From the NCBI GenBank assembly GCA_964016885.1, contig OZ024742.1:344410001-344474000 (forward strand): a stretch of DNA of 64,000 nucleotides, written 5' to 3'. The notes under the pieces are model-generated. The model was not told the DNA's origin. It worked only from the letters and a program-made list of their open reading frames with translations, and made no database searches. This document shows, piece by piece, positions 45,357 through 60,368 of the stretch. Position 1 is the stretch's first letter. Every line of letters starts with the position of its first letter. This DNA is from Eledone cirrhosa. Its lineage: Eukaryota. Made by a program: the position numbers and the translations under genes.

Positions 45357-45419
45357 TACCTAACTCGTCCTATGGACCGAGTGCTCTACCACTACGAATA
45401 TTACCTTTCAGTGTTCTAC

Positions 45420-45451
<32 letters not shown>

Positions 45452-45455
<4 letters not shown>

Positions 45456-46477
45456 CAGCTCGACTGTTTTCTTTCTTTTGTCCAATATTTCCATCTTGCA
45501 CTCAATTTCACCGCCCCTGTCTCCAATTCTTCTATCGCTTTTCTAGATATCTCTCTATCTATTAATCACTTTCACCACCCCCTCTCTACTTCCATCTTCA
45601 TTAAACCAACAGATTCTCAATCTTATCTCGACTTCACCTCCTCCCCTCCAACCCACACCTAACACTACATACCCTATTCCAAATTCTTCCGTCTTCATCG
45701 ATTCTGTAGCCAGGGCGACGATTTCGAAATCCATCCCCTTCGCATGGCTTCCTGCTTCATCTAGCGTGGATATCCCCCCACCTTGATCCAAGCTGCTTTC
45801 ACCCGCGCCCGTGAAACACACCGCACCACAGCCCTCTCACCTCACCCCACCCTCCCAACACCCGTGTTCCTTTCCCTCTCACCTACCACCCCATCACCAT
45901 ATCACTCCGGCGACATATCCTCCGTTCCTTCTGTATCCTCTCTTCTGACCCCGTCACTTCTCACTTTTTTCCAAACCCACCCATTACTGCTTTTAAGCGC
46001 GCCCGCAACCTCCGCGACCTCCTGGTTCGCAGTTCCTTTTCGTCCTCTCCCACGACTCTACCCGGCTCTCATCCTTGTTCCCGTTCCCGCTGCAACACTT
46101 GTCCCTTTATTTCCACCCTCAACACTCTTACAGGCCCTAACGGGTCTTTCCGTATCCGCCATTCCTTCACCTGCACATCCACCCACGTTGACTATGCCCT
46201 CTGGTGTTCCCCTTGCGGGTCTTTATACATCGGACAAACGGGACGCCGTATGACGGATCGTTTTGCCGAACATTTGAGGGACATCAAACTCGGTTTGGAT
46301 ACTCCTGTCGCCCGTCATTTCTGTTCTGGTAATTCTTCCCTACATGTTTCAGCCCTGGGTGTCCTTTTACATCATGGATCACAGGCCTCGCGCAACAGGA
46401 CTGAACAACCTACATGCACAGACACTCTTTTACTCACATATACACACACATTTCTTCTTAGCTTCATACGAACCTAT

Positions 46478-46516
<39 letters not shown>

Positions 46517-46864
46517 CTTACGCACGTGCTCAAGTATAGCTCTTTTTACAAAACTTTTTTTTTCCATTTCAGGTAGACACGCGCCATCATCCACTTTTCT
46601 AAAAAATAAATCATACACAAAACGCCAGCCCCAACAGTTTTGCAAGAGATGTCAACATGAATTGACCTGTTATTTTTATCTAAAGACATTTTTTCCAATT
46701 CCATCCCGCCCGTCCCCTCAATTTATTTTATTTCTCATTCTTTCTTCTGATGACGGTCTAGCGTACGAAACGTTAAGACCCTCTTCCTGCTATATCAAGC
46801 GTTAACCTAATATATACCCTCCATATACTGTACCAATTGTGTTGTTATTTCTGTTTACCTTTTA
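45452..46864 (+). mobile_element. Degenerate PLE 3' part (RT thumb + GIY-YIG), HHR at 46743-46778
   Basis: FLDISL..KPTDSQSYL, CxxC linker, LYIGQTGR..DRFAEH across frameshifts; tctt CTGATGA..GAAA cg TT aaga. Confidence 0.75.
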
Positions 46865-46906
46865 CACACAGACAGACGCACACACACACACGCACACACA
46901 CACACG

Positions 46907-46989
<83 letters not shown>

Positions 46990-47094
46990 GGTGCTTCAAG
47001 ATTGACAGATTTTCATTTCTAAATTCTATTGTCATTACAATTTTGATATTTTATAGATGTTTTGAAATAATTATGAGTAGAAAAAGCATATCTT

Positions 47095-47365
47095 CATATG
47101 GACGGATAGGTGTCCTCATCTTGTTTTGTTGTTAACACAACGTTTCGGCTGATGTACTCTCCAGCCTTCATCAGGTGTCCTAGTGATGTTATTATTCACG
47201 TTTGTTCAGGTCACTGCCTAGAATTGTACTCGCTAGACAGTGACCTGAACAAACGTTAATAATAATTTCACTAGGACACCTGATGAAGGCTGGAGAGTAC
47301 ATCAGCCGAAACGTTGTGTTAACAACAAAACAAGATGAGGACACCTTTCTGTCCAATGTATATAA
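47095..47365. mobile_element. Fold-back PLE end with HHRs at 47134-47179 (-) and 47275-47320 (+)
   Basis: gacac CTGATGA a ggctg..cagcc GAAA cg TT gtgtt. Confidence 0.8.
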
Positions 47366-47440
47366 TGTAAATAATCCTCGTCTCAAAAATATAGAACAGT
47401 TTCATATGTATTGTTTACTCATCTGAATAAGAACAGCAGT

Positions 47441-47470
47441 AACCCGGGCAACGTCGGTTAATTCAGCTAG
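47441..47470 (+). mobile_element. Helitron-like 3' terminus
   Basis: aacccgggcaacgtcggtt hairpin followed by CTAG then T. Confidence 0.55.
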
Positions 47471-47850
47471 TATATATATATATATATATATATATAACCC
47501 GTACAGCAAATATTTATTATTAGAACAGATTAAAGACTAAGCTGCTTTCACCCTATTCCGGACCAATAACACCAAAATGTACACATACGCCCATGCACAA
47601 AAAACAAAAAAAAAAATAGGGCTGATGCCTATATATATCTTCTCGGTACACATACCACAACAACAATATATCTTTTGTCGCATCACCACCCCCACTCTCA
47701 AGCCTGAACCTAATACCACACTGTTCGTACTGCACTCTGTGTTATTGTTTTTGTTTTTTTTTGTTTTTTACTTCTATATGTATGTATATATAAGTAGAAG
47801 CTTAGTAAAATCGAAGCTTTGGCTGTGGGCAAGCAAAGTCGACCTACGAG

Positions 47851-47881
<31 letters not shown>

Positions 47882-47975
47882 AAAGGGATATTTAATTTGT
47901 TGGTAATTCAACAAATATATATATTTATAACAGATTCGAAGCACTCGACAAGTTTTCTGGAGTATAATATCATTG

Positions 47976-48023
<48 letters not shown>

Positions 48024-49547
48024 CTGAGATTTCTCTCTGTTGCTACTTTAGTATTGAGCATTCTTTTCTCTTGTTATAAGTCCAAGTATATGGTCCAGTC
48101 TACCAAATTTCACAAACAAGACATTGGGCAAATATATCAGTATTTTAGCTAACGTGTTATTTCTATATTTCTCCCGTTATTCCTTCTCAAGGATTTGTTC
48201 TTGTTTTTATATTCTCTTTCTTTTTTTCTTTTTTTTAATTAATTGTACTCTTTCTTTTTGTTTTTGTTTTGTTTTTGTTTGTTTGTTTTTAAAATCAATT
48301 TCATTATTAAATAAAAAATGGGGAGGGACAGCATCAGTAGAGCGTCGGAGACCATTCTTTGTGGATATAGTCTATTGCTCTTTATGGTCTGAGTTCAAAT
48401 CCCGCCGAGGTTAGCTTTACCTTTCATCCTTACGGGGTCGACAAAATAAAGTACCAGTAATGCACTGGGTCGATTTAATTGACTTTCCCCTTCCCTTCAA
48501 ATTGCTGGCCTTGTGCCAATTGTAGAGACCATTATTAAATCGAAAATAATATCTCTTCGTATCTTTCTACTTTAACACACACACACACACCCTTCTCTTC
48601 TTGCTCGATGAGACTGAGGTCATCCTCAGTGATTGCAGAGACGGCAGGTTCGTTAGAGAGGTGTACATTTGTTTGGGGTCTGTATTTTCTAAGTTCAAGT
48701 CCCATCAAGTCCACTTTGCCTTTCACAGTTTCTGTGATGATAAACAAAATACCACCCTTGTGCCGAACTCCTCCTTAAATTCGGAACGTCAGTAGTCCGT
48801 GTGAGGAAGGAACCCCGTGAGGTGGGTAGGCTGTTGCAGCAGGTCTCGCAGGCCATTGTCTGTGGAAAATGCAGCTAAAACCCCACGCAACTTAAGCACA
48901 GAGTCTGTCACACTCTCCCTCCCTTCTCTCTTTCTTCCGTGGCTTAGTAGTCCTCGCTTTTTCCTTCCTTTTCTTTTTATCTATACCATTTATAATCCTT
49001 TACTTTACTTTCATTTACAGCCAGATCTGTCCTTCTTTATTCCCACCCACCTTTTTACCACTATTCTTTTCATTACTTAATTTTGTTTTTATCTTTTTTT
49101 CTTCATATTTCCATCATTGTATATTTTCTTTTTGTAAAATATAGTTGACATAATATGTTTATCTATAACAAAACACAATAATCATTAGAGTGTCGTTTCC
49201 GGCATGAATTGAATTATTAAAAAATATAACGAAGTCAATTGTTTTTATTTTGTTTTTCTTGACAAAATATTGTTTAGAAATTATTCTTGTAAAATAATTT
49301 GGAATAGTTAAATTGCTATAAATCTTGTAACAATTCAGTATCATTACCATCCTGTAAAACGAAGTTTACATTCCAGATGGTAACATTGTTTCAAAGAATT
49401 CAATCATTATCTCATTAGGAACAATGAATGTTTTCCAATATTTTCAACGCAAAGTTAAGAAATTACCTGTCCTCTCCCTCCTCTCTCCTCCTCCTCTCCC
49501 TCTCTGTCTTTCTCCCCACCTCTCTCTCTCTCTTTATATATATAAAT

Positions 49548-49704
49548 ATAATATAGAAAGGCTTCTACAGGACTAGAGCTGTTTCATTCGGTAGAAATCA
49601 TCAGTTCTAGTCCTGTAGAAGCCTTTCTGAATTAAATATTTATACTCTGCTTTCTAATAAGTACATTACTTACTATGGTAACCCCCGATTGAACCCGGGA
49701 TAAA

Positions 49705-49706
<2 letters not shown>
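49548..49706. mobile_element. Family E fold-back mini-insertion
   Basis: ggcttctacaggactag / ctagtcctgtagaagcc plus family E terminus. Confidence 0.75.
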
Positions 49707-49800
<94 letters not shown>

Positions 49801-50305
49801 CATATATATATACATATATATATATACATATATATAGAGTTAATATGCAGGGGGAAGCAATTCTTGCTGGATGATATTTAATTTATTTAAGAAAAAGGAT
49901 TAGGTAGGGTGTAAGTGTTTGATTGTTTGTTGTAGTTTTAGATTGGTCCGATTTTTAGAGCATTAAGTAGGGGTTAAAATTTATTAATGAAATATGCCCC
50001 CTGCATATTAACTCTCTAAAAAGGGAAATCATATCAAACCTCAGTCCACCATTTGCCTCCATCACGGAATCATGGATCAACTAAGCACTCTTGCTATATT
50101 AACACATTTTGAACTGCTTAACTTCAATGACTTTGCTTGTAAATAACATTATTTTTTCTCCCACATTGACTTTTACGTTCCACATTATGCACGTTCTTTT
50201 TCCTTTTTCTTTTTTCTTTTCACTTCTTAAACCTTGTTTGTATATAACATTATTCTTTCTGCACCTTCTGTTTAACATGTGCGACACCACACTAATACAT
50301 TTCAC

Positions 50306-50349
50306 TATCATTTGATAATGCATAAAAATGATGAAACCGGTAATAGATA
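50306..50349 (+). ncRNA. Degenerate U3-A8 hammerhead-like motif
   Basis: tatcat TTGATAA ..GAAA ccgg TA atagata. Confidence 0.45.
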
Positions 50350-50598
50350 ATAATTAAATATATAAATAGATAAAGAAATGCCATTGTTAAATAATAAATA
50401 AATCAACTAATACCTTAACACTTCACACAAAGTAAAACATTTCGTTTTAATCATTTTCTAACCCAGAAAAAAGAGAGAGAGAAACAAAAAAGGAAAACAA
50501 ATATTTTTCTTCCTAATAATCGTCTCTTTCCTCATGTTTTCATATATATATATATATATATATCCTAACTCGTGTGCTTCCTCTCCACATTTTATTAT

Positions 50599-50640
<42 letters not shown>

Positions 50641-50646
<6 letters not shown>

Positions 50647-51930
50647 TAGTGAGGCAACTACAAGAGAAGTTCTTAGAGAAGAGTAAGCCACTATACTTAG
50701 CTTTTGTTGACCTAGAGAAAGCCTTTGATAGGGTACCCCGATCTGTTATCTGGTGGTCCCTAAGGAAACTAGATGTGGAGGAATAGCTTGTGAGGGCAGT
50801 GCAAGCTATGTACATGGGTGCTGTCAGTAAAGTGAGAGTAGGTATGGAGTTTAGTGAGGAATTCCAGATACAAGTAGGTGTACATCAGGGTTCGGTCCTC
50901 AGCCCGCTCTTGTTAATTATAGTCCTCCAAGCCATAACAGAGGAGTTTAAGACTGAGTGCCCATGGGAACTTCTCTATGCTGATGATCTGGCTCTTATAG
51001 CAGAATCAGTAGAGGGGCTAGAGAATAAATTCTGGCTATAGAAACAGCAGTTGGAATCAAGAGGACTGAGAGTGAACCTAGCTAAGACGAAAGTGTTGAT
51101 AAGTAGAAGTGAGGACAATACTCCGATGCCATCAGGGAAATGGCCATGTTCGATATGTTGAAAAGGAACTAGCATAAATTCAATAAAATGTACGCAATGC
51201 AGATCTTGGGTACACAATAGATGTAGTGGGATAGCAGGCAAACTAACAGGTAGGGAAAACTATGTATGCAGTAGATGTTCATGGAAAGTTGGCAGTATTA
51301 ATCGCAGTGATAGAGACATTTTTCCAATGCAGGTGGGTTCTATAGAAGTGGTTGATAGCTTCCGGTACCTAGGTGATCAGATTAGCATGGGCGGGGGGGG
51401 GGGGGGGGTTCCGAGGCCATAGTATCTAGAATAAGGAGGGGTTGGAAGAAGTTTAGGAGCTGCTTCCTTTGTTGACAAAGAAAGGTTTCTCCCTGCATAC
51501 GAAAGGACGGTTATATGATGCCCGTGTGAGATGCGCGATGCTGCATGGTAGTGAGACATGGGCGGCTCCGTTGGATGTGCAATGTCAATGTGCGTGAACG
51601 ACCAAGCATGGACGAGTTGAGAAAGAAACTGGGTATAAGAGAGATAAGTTGTGGTGTGCAGGAGAGAAGGCTGAGATGGTATGGGCATGTGATGCGCATG
51701 GAGGATGACCTCTGGGTAAAGAAGTGCCAAGAAATCCCAGTAGAAGGAAGACGTAGAAGAGGTAGACCACGTAAAACATGGGCGGAGGTGGTGAGAGCAG
51801 GCCTCAGATCGCTGAAACTCACCGAGGAGATGACGAAGGACCGTGACAAGTGGAGAGATGCTGTGCTGAATAGGACCCGTCCAACCCCTGCAAGCAGGGA
51901 AAATCAGACGTAAAATGATGATGAAGATGA
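50641..51930 (+). mobile_element. 5'-truncated RTE-clade LINE remnant with (ATG)n tail
   Basis: FVDLEKAFDRVPR, GVHQGSVLSP, LYADD, RLRWYGHV..RGRPRKTW; stops and frameshifts. Confidence 0.85.
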
Positions 51931-51937
51931 TATATAT

Positions 51938-52855
51938 ATAAATGTAATCTGAGTTTTTCGAATATTAATAATAACATTCGATTCGTTTGCAATTATGCAA
52001 ACAAGCCTCATTTTTAAAGCCATGTCAGTAGAATGAACAACTTCACTCTTGCTCTTGTCTGCGAACAGAACTGCAGGCACTAATGTTTCTGGGTATCACC
52101 CTTCATCAGTACAGCTCACTGTTCACCTGCCAAATGTCAGAGCAAGTGAAAATATATGCTATTTTCTAAAATATACAGTGACTGATTGGCCTGATTTGCT
52201 TATTAGCAGACTGGCTGATCAGTCAGACCTGCATATTAGCAGATCTGTTTACATGCCAACACAAGAGGAAGAATGAAGTTGTTCCTTCTACTGACATGGC
52301 TTTAAAAATGAGGGATGTTTGCATAATTGCAAACGAATCGAATGTTATTATTAATATTCGAAAAATTCAGATTACATTTATTATATTCAGCCATGTAGAG
52401 CGAAAATATTTTTTTTTCTTTTTTATTTGAATGTGGCAAAGCCGGCCATCTATCGCTAGTATACAGGAAACTGAGTGGCCAGTCTGCTGATATGCAAATC
52501 AGGCTGATCAGTGGATCTGATAATATGCAGATCTGACTGATCAATCAGTCTGCTAATATGCAAATCAAGCCGATCAGTCATTGTATATTTTAGAAAATAG
52601 CATATATTTTCACTAGCTCTGACAGTTGGCAGGTGAACAGTGAGCTGTACTGATGAAGGGTGCTACCCAGAAACATTAGTGTCTGCAGTTCTGTTCGCAT
52701 GCCAACACAAGAGCAAGAATGAAGTGTACATTCTACTGACATGGCTATAAAATTGAGGCTTGTTTGCATAATTGCAAACGAATCGAATGTTATTATTAAT
52801 ATTCGAAAAACTCACATTAGATTTATTGTATTCAGCCATGATGAGCGAAAATCTT
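51938..52855. mobile_element. Complex inverted repeat of a PLE-type end, HHRs at 52645-52688 (+) and 52071-52114 (-)
   Basis: ctgta CTGATGA agggt gct accca GAAA ca ttag tg TC tgcag. Confidence 0.7.
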
Positions 52856-53237
52856 TATATATATAGAATTTTAGTCTACGACTTTATACCATAAACGTGG
52901 TTTTGTCTTTGCGTGTAATTGTTCTCACTGATCCAAATAATGACGTATTATCTTCACTTTTCTTTCGTTCATTGCCAGGGAACATCTTCAGGAACCAAAG
53001 TATCGTTTTCCTGTTTTCCTTCGGTTGCAACGTTTTTCGAAATATTTACTTCTGCGTTCACAGATTGATTTTTTTTGAGTTTCAGAAGATCCCGTTAAGG
53101 GTGAAAGCAGCGATTCTTTGCATAAACTTTAATCTGTTATTTTAATAAATATTTGCTCTAAGGTTCTTATATATTTGATATATATTTATCCTTATCGAGC
53201 CCTCTTTGGATTTTAGTCTTCAAATTTATTATTATTA

Positions 53238-53328
<91 letters not shown>

Positions 53329-54080
53329 AATATCGTTCACCGTATCCTTATCTTGTTCTATCCCTAACTTCATCTTTTGTCTACATCATATTTCATTTAC
53401 TGAATGTTTTATGTGTCTATTTGCTTCACTAATGTCAGAGTTTATCCATGATTTATTACTACTGTACAATTTATTATTTGTGTCATGTTGATGTTTTCTG
53501 CTTGTGCTCTTTGATATTAGCTTCGTTAGTTTACAAACTACGTGTTAAACCCAAGTATATATAGTTCTTTTGAAGAGGTGTCTGTTATATCATTTAACTG
53601 TTTTAAACATTGTCATTACAGCCACGCACTCTGAACTGGTTGTCGTGTCAGTCCTAGGCAATAAATCAGTATATTTTTCTATGAATCTTATTTTAAAGAA
53701 CAATTTGTCCACGTATTGTAAATGTTGGGTTTTTAGTTTAAATATCACCGAAGTGTCAATATAGGAAATAACACTATTGAAATAACATTGAATATGTTTA
53801 GCATTTATGCAACGTCTTGGATTGACCGTTGACACGGGGTAGGACATTAAGGAGAGCCATGCAGCAATCGGAAGTAGAATAGAAATTCACCAATCCTATT
53901 TAGAATCACTATTTTATCTTCAACCAAATACATTAATACAATCTACCATGAAACTCGTGTATAGATTGTTACACTGACATAGTTTCGGGGAGAAATACAT
54001 TTAGATATTTCACACAAATAAAACATAGGCATATATACATACATACATACATACATACATACATACAAACATACATACAG

Positions 54081-55080
54081 CAATGTGGAAGACATCCATG
54101 TACATAATATGAAAGAGTACTGGTGGAATTATCCAGTAAAAACCCCAATAAAATGCAGACATAACAGACCAGATATTATGATATGGGACAGGGAGAAGAA
54201 AGTATGTATAGTAGTGGAAATTAGCTGCCCGGCAGATGCCAATATAATATCAAAGATTAGCGGAAAGGAGAATATTTATGCAGAACTGATGAGAAATCTG
54301 CAGATACTCCACCCTGATTACACCTTCAGATTTATGCCTGTGATTATTGGGGCACTGGGGTATGTTAGTAACTGCCTCAATACAAATCTTGAGAAGCTAG
54401 CTTCACAGGAACAGAAAGAACACATCTAGTTAGGAAATTACAAGTACAATCCATTAGTGGAACAGTAAAAATATGTAAAACATTCCAAAAAATTTGCATC
54501 TAATAACTGCATATACACATGTACAGATACAAAGCATATACACATGCACACATACAACTCAAAACATCCACATCCACACATACAATAATATCCATATCTA
54601 CACATGCATGCATAGATAATCTACTTAGCTGATGTTGTGTAAATTCCAATGAGAGAGTCTAGTGTCTATGTTAGAAACCGACTCTCTCTCTATTGGTAAA
54701 ACTTTGTGAAATTGTAAAACCAGAAGAACATACATAAGAACGAAGACATCAGAAAGAACACAACTAGTAAGGAAATTACAAGTACAATCCATTTAATGGA
54801 ACAGTAAAAATATATAAAACATTCCAAAAATGTTGCATCTAATAACTGCATATACACATGTATAGATACAAAGCATATACACATGCACACATACAACTCA
54901 AAACATCCACATCCACACATACAATAACATCCATACCTGCGCACACATGCATGCAGACATGCATACATAATCTACCTAGTTGATGTGTAAATTCCAATGA
55001 GAGAGTCTTGTGTCTATGTTAGAAACCGACTCTCTCTACATTGGCAAACATTTGTGAAATTATAAAACCAGAAGAACATA
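54081..55080 (+). mobile_element. R4/Dong-like (RLE) LINE 3' fragment with duplicated 3' end, in (CATA)n
   Basis: HNRPDIMIWD..VVEISCP..K PD-(D/E)xK motif; about 54428-54730 is repeated at about 54768-55080. Confidence 0.7.
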
Positions 55081-55497
55081 CATACATACCTACATACATG
55101 ATGGCTGCCTCCTCGTTGTCGATTATGGTCATTGCACAATACAACATTATTAATAATTATCAATTAATGCTATCGTGCAATGCCTGTGCGTGAAGAGATA
55201 TTTTAAAGTGAGGGAAAACAGTGCACTGAGCGAATCCCACTCTCTGAGCAACAGTAGCTATAACCCGAAAAGAAGAAAAGATCAACATAATCGGTAACTA
55301 CTGAGCCGCAGGTTTTATGTCGGAGTTATCCCAGTTTCCTGAGTTGCCTTCTCCTAGAAGAATGCCCTGATAAATGCTAGGGGTCCTTCACCCCTTGTGG
55401 TTTAACCGCGCGATCGGGTATCCTGCGTGATTATTTCTATGTACCCACACATATACATACATATTCATAAACATTTAGACATACATACATACATACA

Positions 55498-55528
<31 letters not shown>

Positions 55529-55560
55529 GTACACATGTACATATATTTACACATTTTTGG

Positions 55561-56396
55561 ATGGCCGTTGACACGTATGAGTTCTTCCGCCCTTTGTCAG
55601 GTTTTGTTTTTTGTCCTGCAGGGTGACCAAAAATCGCTCTCCTCACCAAGTAAACTTGGTGGAGTTGCCGGTTTAGTCGCCGACGACCCGACCATGTGAC
55701 AGGTTCTACTGGGTTACATGTTACCAGTAGCACTCAAGAGTGACCTGACATACATACATACATACATGTTTACATACATACATACATGGTGGCTGCCAAC
55801 TCGTTTTCGAGTACGGCCACTACTTTATATCCATGTAGGAGAACCCCTACCGATGCGCTGAACGAGTGTGACTTTTTAGTCCAGCCAGCGACTTGAAAAC
55901 TCTGGTACAAACACTACACTTGTGACAATTATTGACACATAGTGCTGGGCCCATGGTACCATGTGACGACAATTGCAGAGAGATCTCCAGATATGAAGCA
56001 ATGCCTGTGCCGTGAAGCTTTTATAGTGAGCAAAGGCACTGCACAAAGCCAGTCCCACTCTCTTAACCAAGATGATATTTACCAAAATGAAGAACAAGTC
56101 AACATCATTGGATACCATCAGGGTTTCAGGTGTTATATCAGAGTTTTCCTTCTCCTAGAATTCTGCCTTGACAAAAGCTAAGGGGTCAACTCTCCCGGTG
56201 GTTTTGGATGGCCATTGACTCTTAAGAGCTCCTTTGCCCTTTGACAGGTTTTTGTTTTAGTCCTGCAGGATGTCCAAAGTCACCCTCCTCACCAAGAAAC
56301 CTTGGTGGTGTTGCCAGTTTAGTCGCCAACGACCCGACCATGAGATAGGTTGTACTGGGATACATGTTACCAGTAGCACTAACTGATGACCTGACA
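55561..56396 (-). mobile_element. Two non-autonomous RTE-related elements in (CATA)n (partial 55561-55750, full 55785-56396)
   Basis: Reverse complement of 6814-7416. Confidence 0.75.
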
Positions 56397-56783
56397 TAAA
56401 CACATACATACCTGCATACATGATGGCTGCCCCCTCGTTATCGAGTATAGCCATTGCACGAGAAATAAATATTAATAACAATGATATTAATAATAACAAC
56501 AATAATAATAACGACAACAGCAACAATAATAATTGTCTCTACTTTAGGCACAAGGCCAGCAATTACCCAGTGCATTACTGGTACTTTATTTTATTGACCC
56601 CGTAAGGATGAAAGGCAAAGTCAACCTCGGCGGGATTTGAACTCAGATCGTAAAGGGACGTAACTATGCTGGAAAGCATGGCGTCCGACCCTCTACTGAT
56701 ACTGCAAATCCACCGATACATATATATACACACACACACGCACACACATAAACATATCTATACACACACACACACGATAGCAA

Positions 56784-59700
56784 CTAACAGTGCTGCGATC
56801 GAATGTGGCTTTTTAGCCCAGCCAATGATCTAAAATGTCTTGCACAGAGTCGGCAACCAAAACATTCACTGGGAATAGCCGGCTGTGGTTGGAGTTCATG
56901 TACTTTTGCATGTCGCTTGAGCCCTCCTGCTGATTTACATTCTCTACCACATGTTTGGCAAGCATGATGAGTAGCATCTCCAACAGCAGCCTGGTAGTCA
57001 ACCACTGGTCTTACTTTATGACTGCGAAGATGACTTTCGAGTCAAGCTTTGCTTAGGCAGAGTCTCGCACAGCCGCTGCATGTCAGCACCATAGGAGGAC
57101 CCTCACCCTCTTGAAGTGCAACAGCAATGCCCTTCCTCACATCCCGCTTTACTTTCTCGTATGCGATTCGAGACGCCTCAAAGGCAACTTTTCCCTCATA
57201 TACAGTTTTTCTCCATTTATTACGATCAGCAGCAATATTTTCCCATATATCAGCAGGAGATGTTAGCGTCTTTCAAAGCGGCTGTCAATAAATCCTTATA
57301 CCTCTTTTTTGGTTTATGTGGTGGTCCTTTGCCTTTAACTAACTCTCCATAAAAGAGTTGATTTGGCATTCTAGAATCCTTCATCCCGGCAAGTTGACCA
57401 CTCCAACGGAGTCGTTGCCTAAGCACAAGAGCTTATATACTGTCACACATAGAGCTTTCCAAAATCTCGACATCACTGATGTGGTCCCTCCAGTGAACGC
57501 CATGGATCCGTCTGAGACACATCTGATGGAAACGCTCCAATTGCTTAAGGTGGTGTTGATATGTGACCCAAGTCTCGCAGGCATAAAGAAGAGAAGAGAG
57601 CACACATGCCTTGTACACCTTTACCTTTGTCTTCTTGCATATGTCTCGCCGACCCCAGAGTCGCCTTTCTAGCTTTCCGAAAGCATCACTTGCTTTCCTA
57701 ATCCTAAGTGAGATTTCACTATCAAGGTTGCTGTATCGATTGACAGTGCTTCCCAGGTAGAAAAACTGATCAATCACTCCAAGTCGTTTACCATACACAT
57801 AGATATTTGGTTCACTGTACTGCTTACCAGGGGCAGGTTGGTACATGACGACGGTTTTCTTGAGACTGACAGTCAATCCTAGGGCAGTGCAAGCATCAGA
57901 AAATGCATTCAAAATGTGCTGCATATCACTCTCTGTGTGCGCTACAAGATTGCAATCATCTGCTTACAAGAGGTCTCTTATGATTGATGTAAATACTTTT
58001 GTCTTTGCAGCAAAGCGCCTGATGTTAAATATGCTGCCAGAGGAGGCCCGATATCAGTTGTAAACGCCATGCTCGCAATTCCTGAATGCAATACAGAAAA
58101 CCATTACAAGGTATTTGGCAAACAGGGTCGGTGCTGGAATATCCACCTGTTTCACTCCATTTTTTACTGAGATAGGCTCCGACATGTTACCTCCGACATT
58201 AATCCAAGCCTTCATGTCATGAAAAGACCTAACTAAACAAGGAACTTATCAGGGCAACAAAGTTTCTGGAGAACCTTCCATAATGCATTTCTGTTAACAG
58301 TATCGAAAGCTTTTGTCAGATCGACAAAAACCTGATACAGATCCAAACCTTGTTCCATGCACTTCTCCTGGGGCTGTCTAGCTGAGAAGATCATATCAGT
58401 AGTGCTGCGTCCAGCACGAAAACCAGATTGACTTTCAGGAAGAACACAATCTGCAATGTGTGTTAGCAGACGGTCCAGAAGCACCCTACATAAATCTTTC
58501 CATACGACAGAAAGCAATGATATACCTCTGTAGTTCCCACAATCATTCCTGTTACCATTTCCATTGTACAAGACCACCATTACTGCATCTCTCCAGTCCT
58601 CAGGTACGGATTCATTAGCCCATATCCTGCCAAACAAAGAGTGAAGATGTTGCAGGAGTCTCTCACCACCATATTGTAGGAGCTCAGCATGTATGCCATC
58701 CATACCTGGAGACCTTCCACTGTTCAGCTTCGAGATAGCCACTGCAACCTCCACAAGCGTCGGAGGTTCTGCGAGAGCTACTTTCACAGGACTTTCTGGA
58801 ATGAGATTGAGGAAATCTTCATTGACGACAGACGGCTGATTCAAAATATCATCTAAGTGCTCTCGCCACCTTCGTAGAATTCCTTATGCGTCACGAAGAA
58901 GTTCTTTGCCATCCTTGCTGCGAAGCGGTGTCACCAGAGAAGAAGACGGTCCATAAACCTCACGCAAGTGACTGTACAACAGCTTTGTGTTATTGGAATC
59001 TGACGCAGTTTGAATCTCATCAGCCTTCTCACTCCACCACTGATCGTTCATCTGAGAAAGACTCCGCTTCACACGTGATTACATATCCTTGAGTTCCTTA
59101 TGCAACGTACTATTCTCCTGTGGTTTTGACGTCAAGTAGCGTGACAGAGCACGCCTTTTATCAGCCAACAAGTCTTCTATATGTACATCATTCTCATTAA
59201 ACCAGTCCTGATGTTTTCTCTACACCAATCCCAGAACACGCCTGCCTACATCATAAACCGACTTTTTAAGGGTCGGCCAATCCTCACCAAGATCTGCAAC
59301 CTTCATCTCTTCTTGCAATGCCCTCTTCACATTTTTATCCTTAAGACGAGCAGCATTAAATCTTCTGGGCAAGGCAACACCAGGAGCCCGGATTTTACGT
59401 TTAGTGATTAGTTTCACTTTTGCGCGTACCAGGCAGTGGTCCGTCCAGCACTCAGCTCCACGAAGAGCATGAACACACTGCACATCCTGTCTGTCACGCA
59501 TCCTGACTAGGACGTAGTCCAAAAGATGCCATTCCTTAGATGCAGGATGCATCCATGTGGTCTTGAATTTGTTCTTTTGTTGGAACATGGTGTTGGTAAC
59601 ACACAGATCCAGCTCCTCACACATCAGCAGCCGGAGCATACCATTGTTGTTACACTTTCCCACCCCATGCCTTCCGATTACATTCCATGTGTTAAAATCC

Positions 59701-60250
59701 CTACCCACTCTAGCAAACACGATGACTTTGTCTGCCTGAGGGATATTTCTTAAAACACTTTTCAAGGCATGGTAAAAGGACACTTTTTCTTCATCGACAG
59801 AATTCATAGTTGGAGCATACACACTCACCAGGGTCGCATATCTTCCTTTGTTCAGCGGAATTCTCATGGACATAAGATGCTCACTAAACCCTACTGGGAA
59901 TTTTTCTATTTATTCACAAGAACAGTCTTAACAGCAAATGCTACCCCAGCCTCTCTTCTGGTTCCTTCATCTCTTCCTTTCCAGAAGAATGTTTATTCTC
60001 CACAACATTCTGTAAGATGACCTATCCAGCTAAGCTCGTCTCAGATAAAGCCACGATGTCAAGATCGTAACGTCGAAGCTCCTTTCCAACAAGAGCGGTC
60101 CTTCGTTCAGGACGCTCCGAGGAATCCCTGTCAAGCCACATCCATGCGTTCCAGCAGCCAAGACTAAATGCCTTGTTTGGCTCTATTACAGTGGCACGAT
60201 GACGAGCGGGCCCAGGCTGTGATAACCTAGGGCTCCTGCCCTTATTCTCA
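56784..60250 (-). pseudogene. Near full-length degenerate RTE LINE (APE endonuclease, RT, C-terminal C2H2 fingers)
   Basis: DIVALSET, VSVYAPT, LLDYVLVR..TDH, YRGISLL, QSGFR, FVDLTKAFD, two C2H2 motifs. Confidence 0.88.
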
Positions 60251-60368
60251 ATTATCTTTTTTGTTCCAGAACCTTTATTGCCAATTATCTCTTTTATATT
60301 GTTTTGGAACATCATTGAATTGGAAAAAAAAAAGTAATAATAATAGTAACAATAATAATAATAATAAT

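Noticed and set aside
52950-53000. Hammerhead on the minus strand (CTGAAGA..GAAA)
   Set aside because: Stem II is present but no stem III, NUH or stem I closure was found; at best it is decayed.
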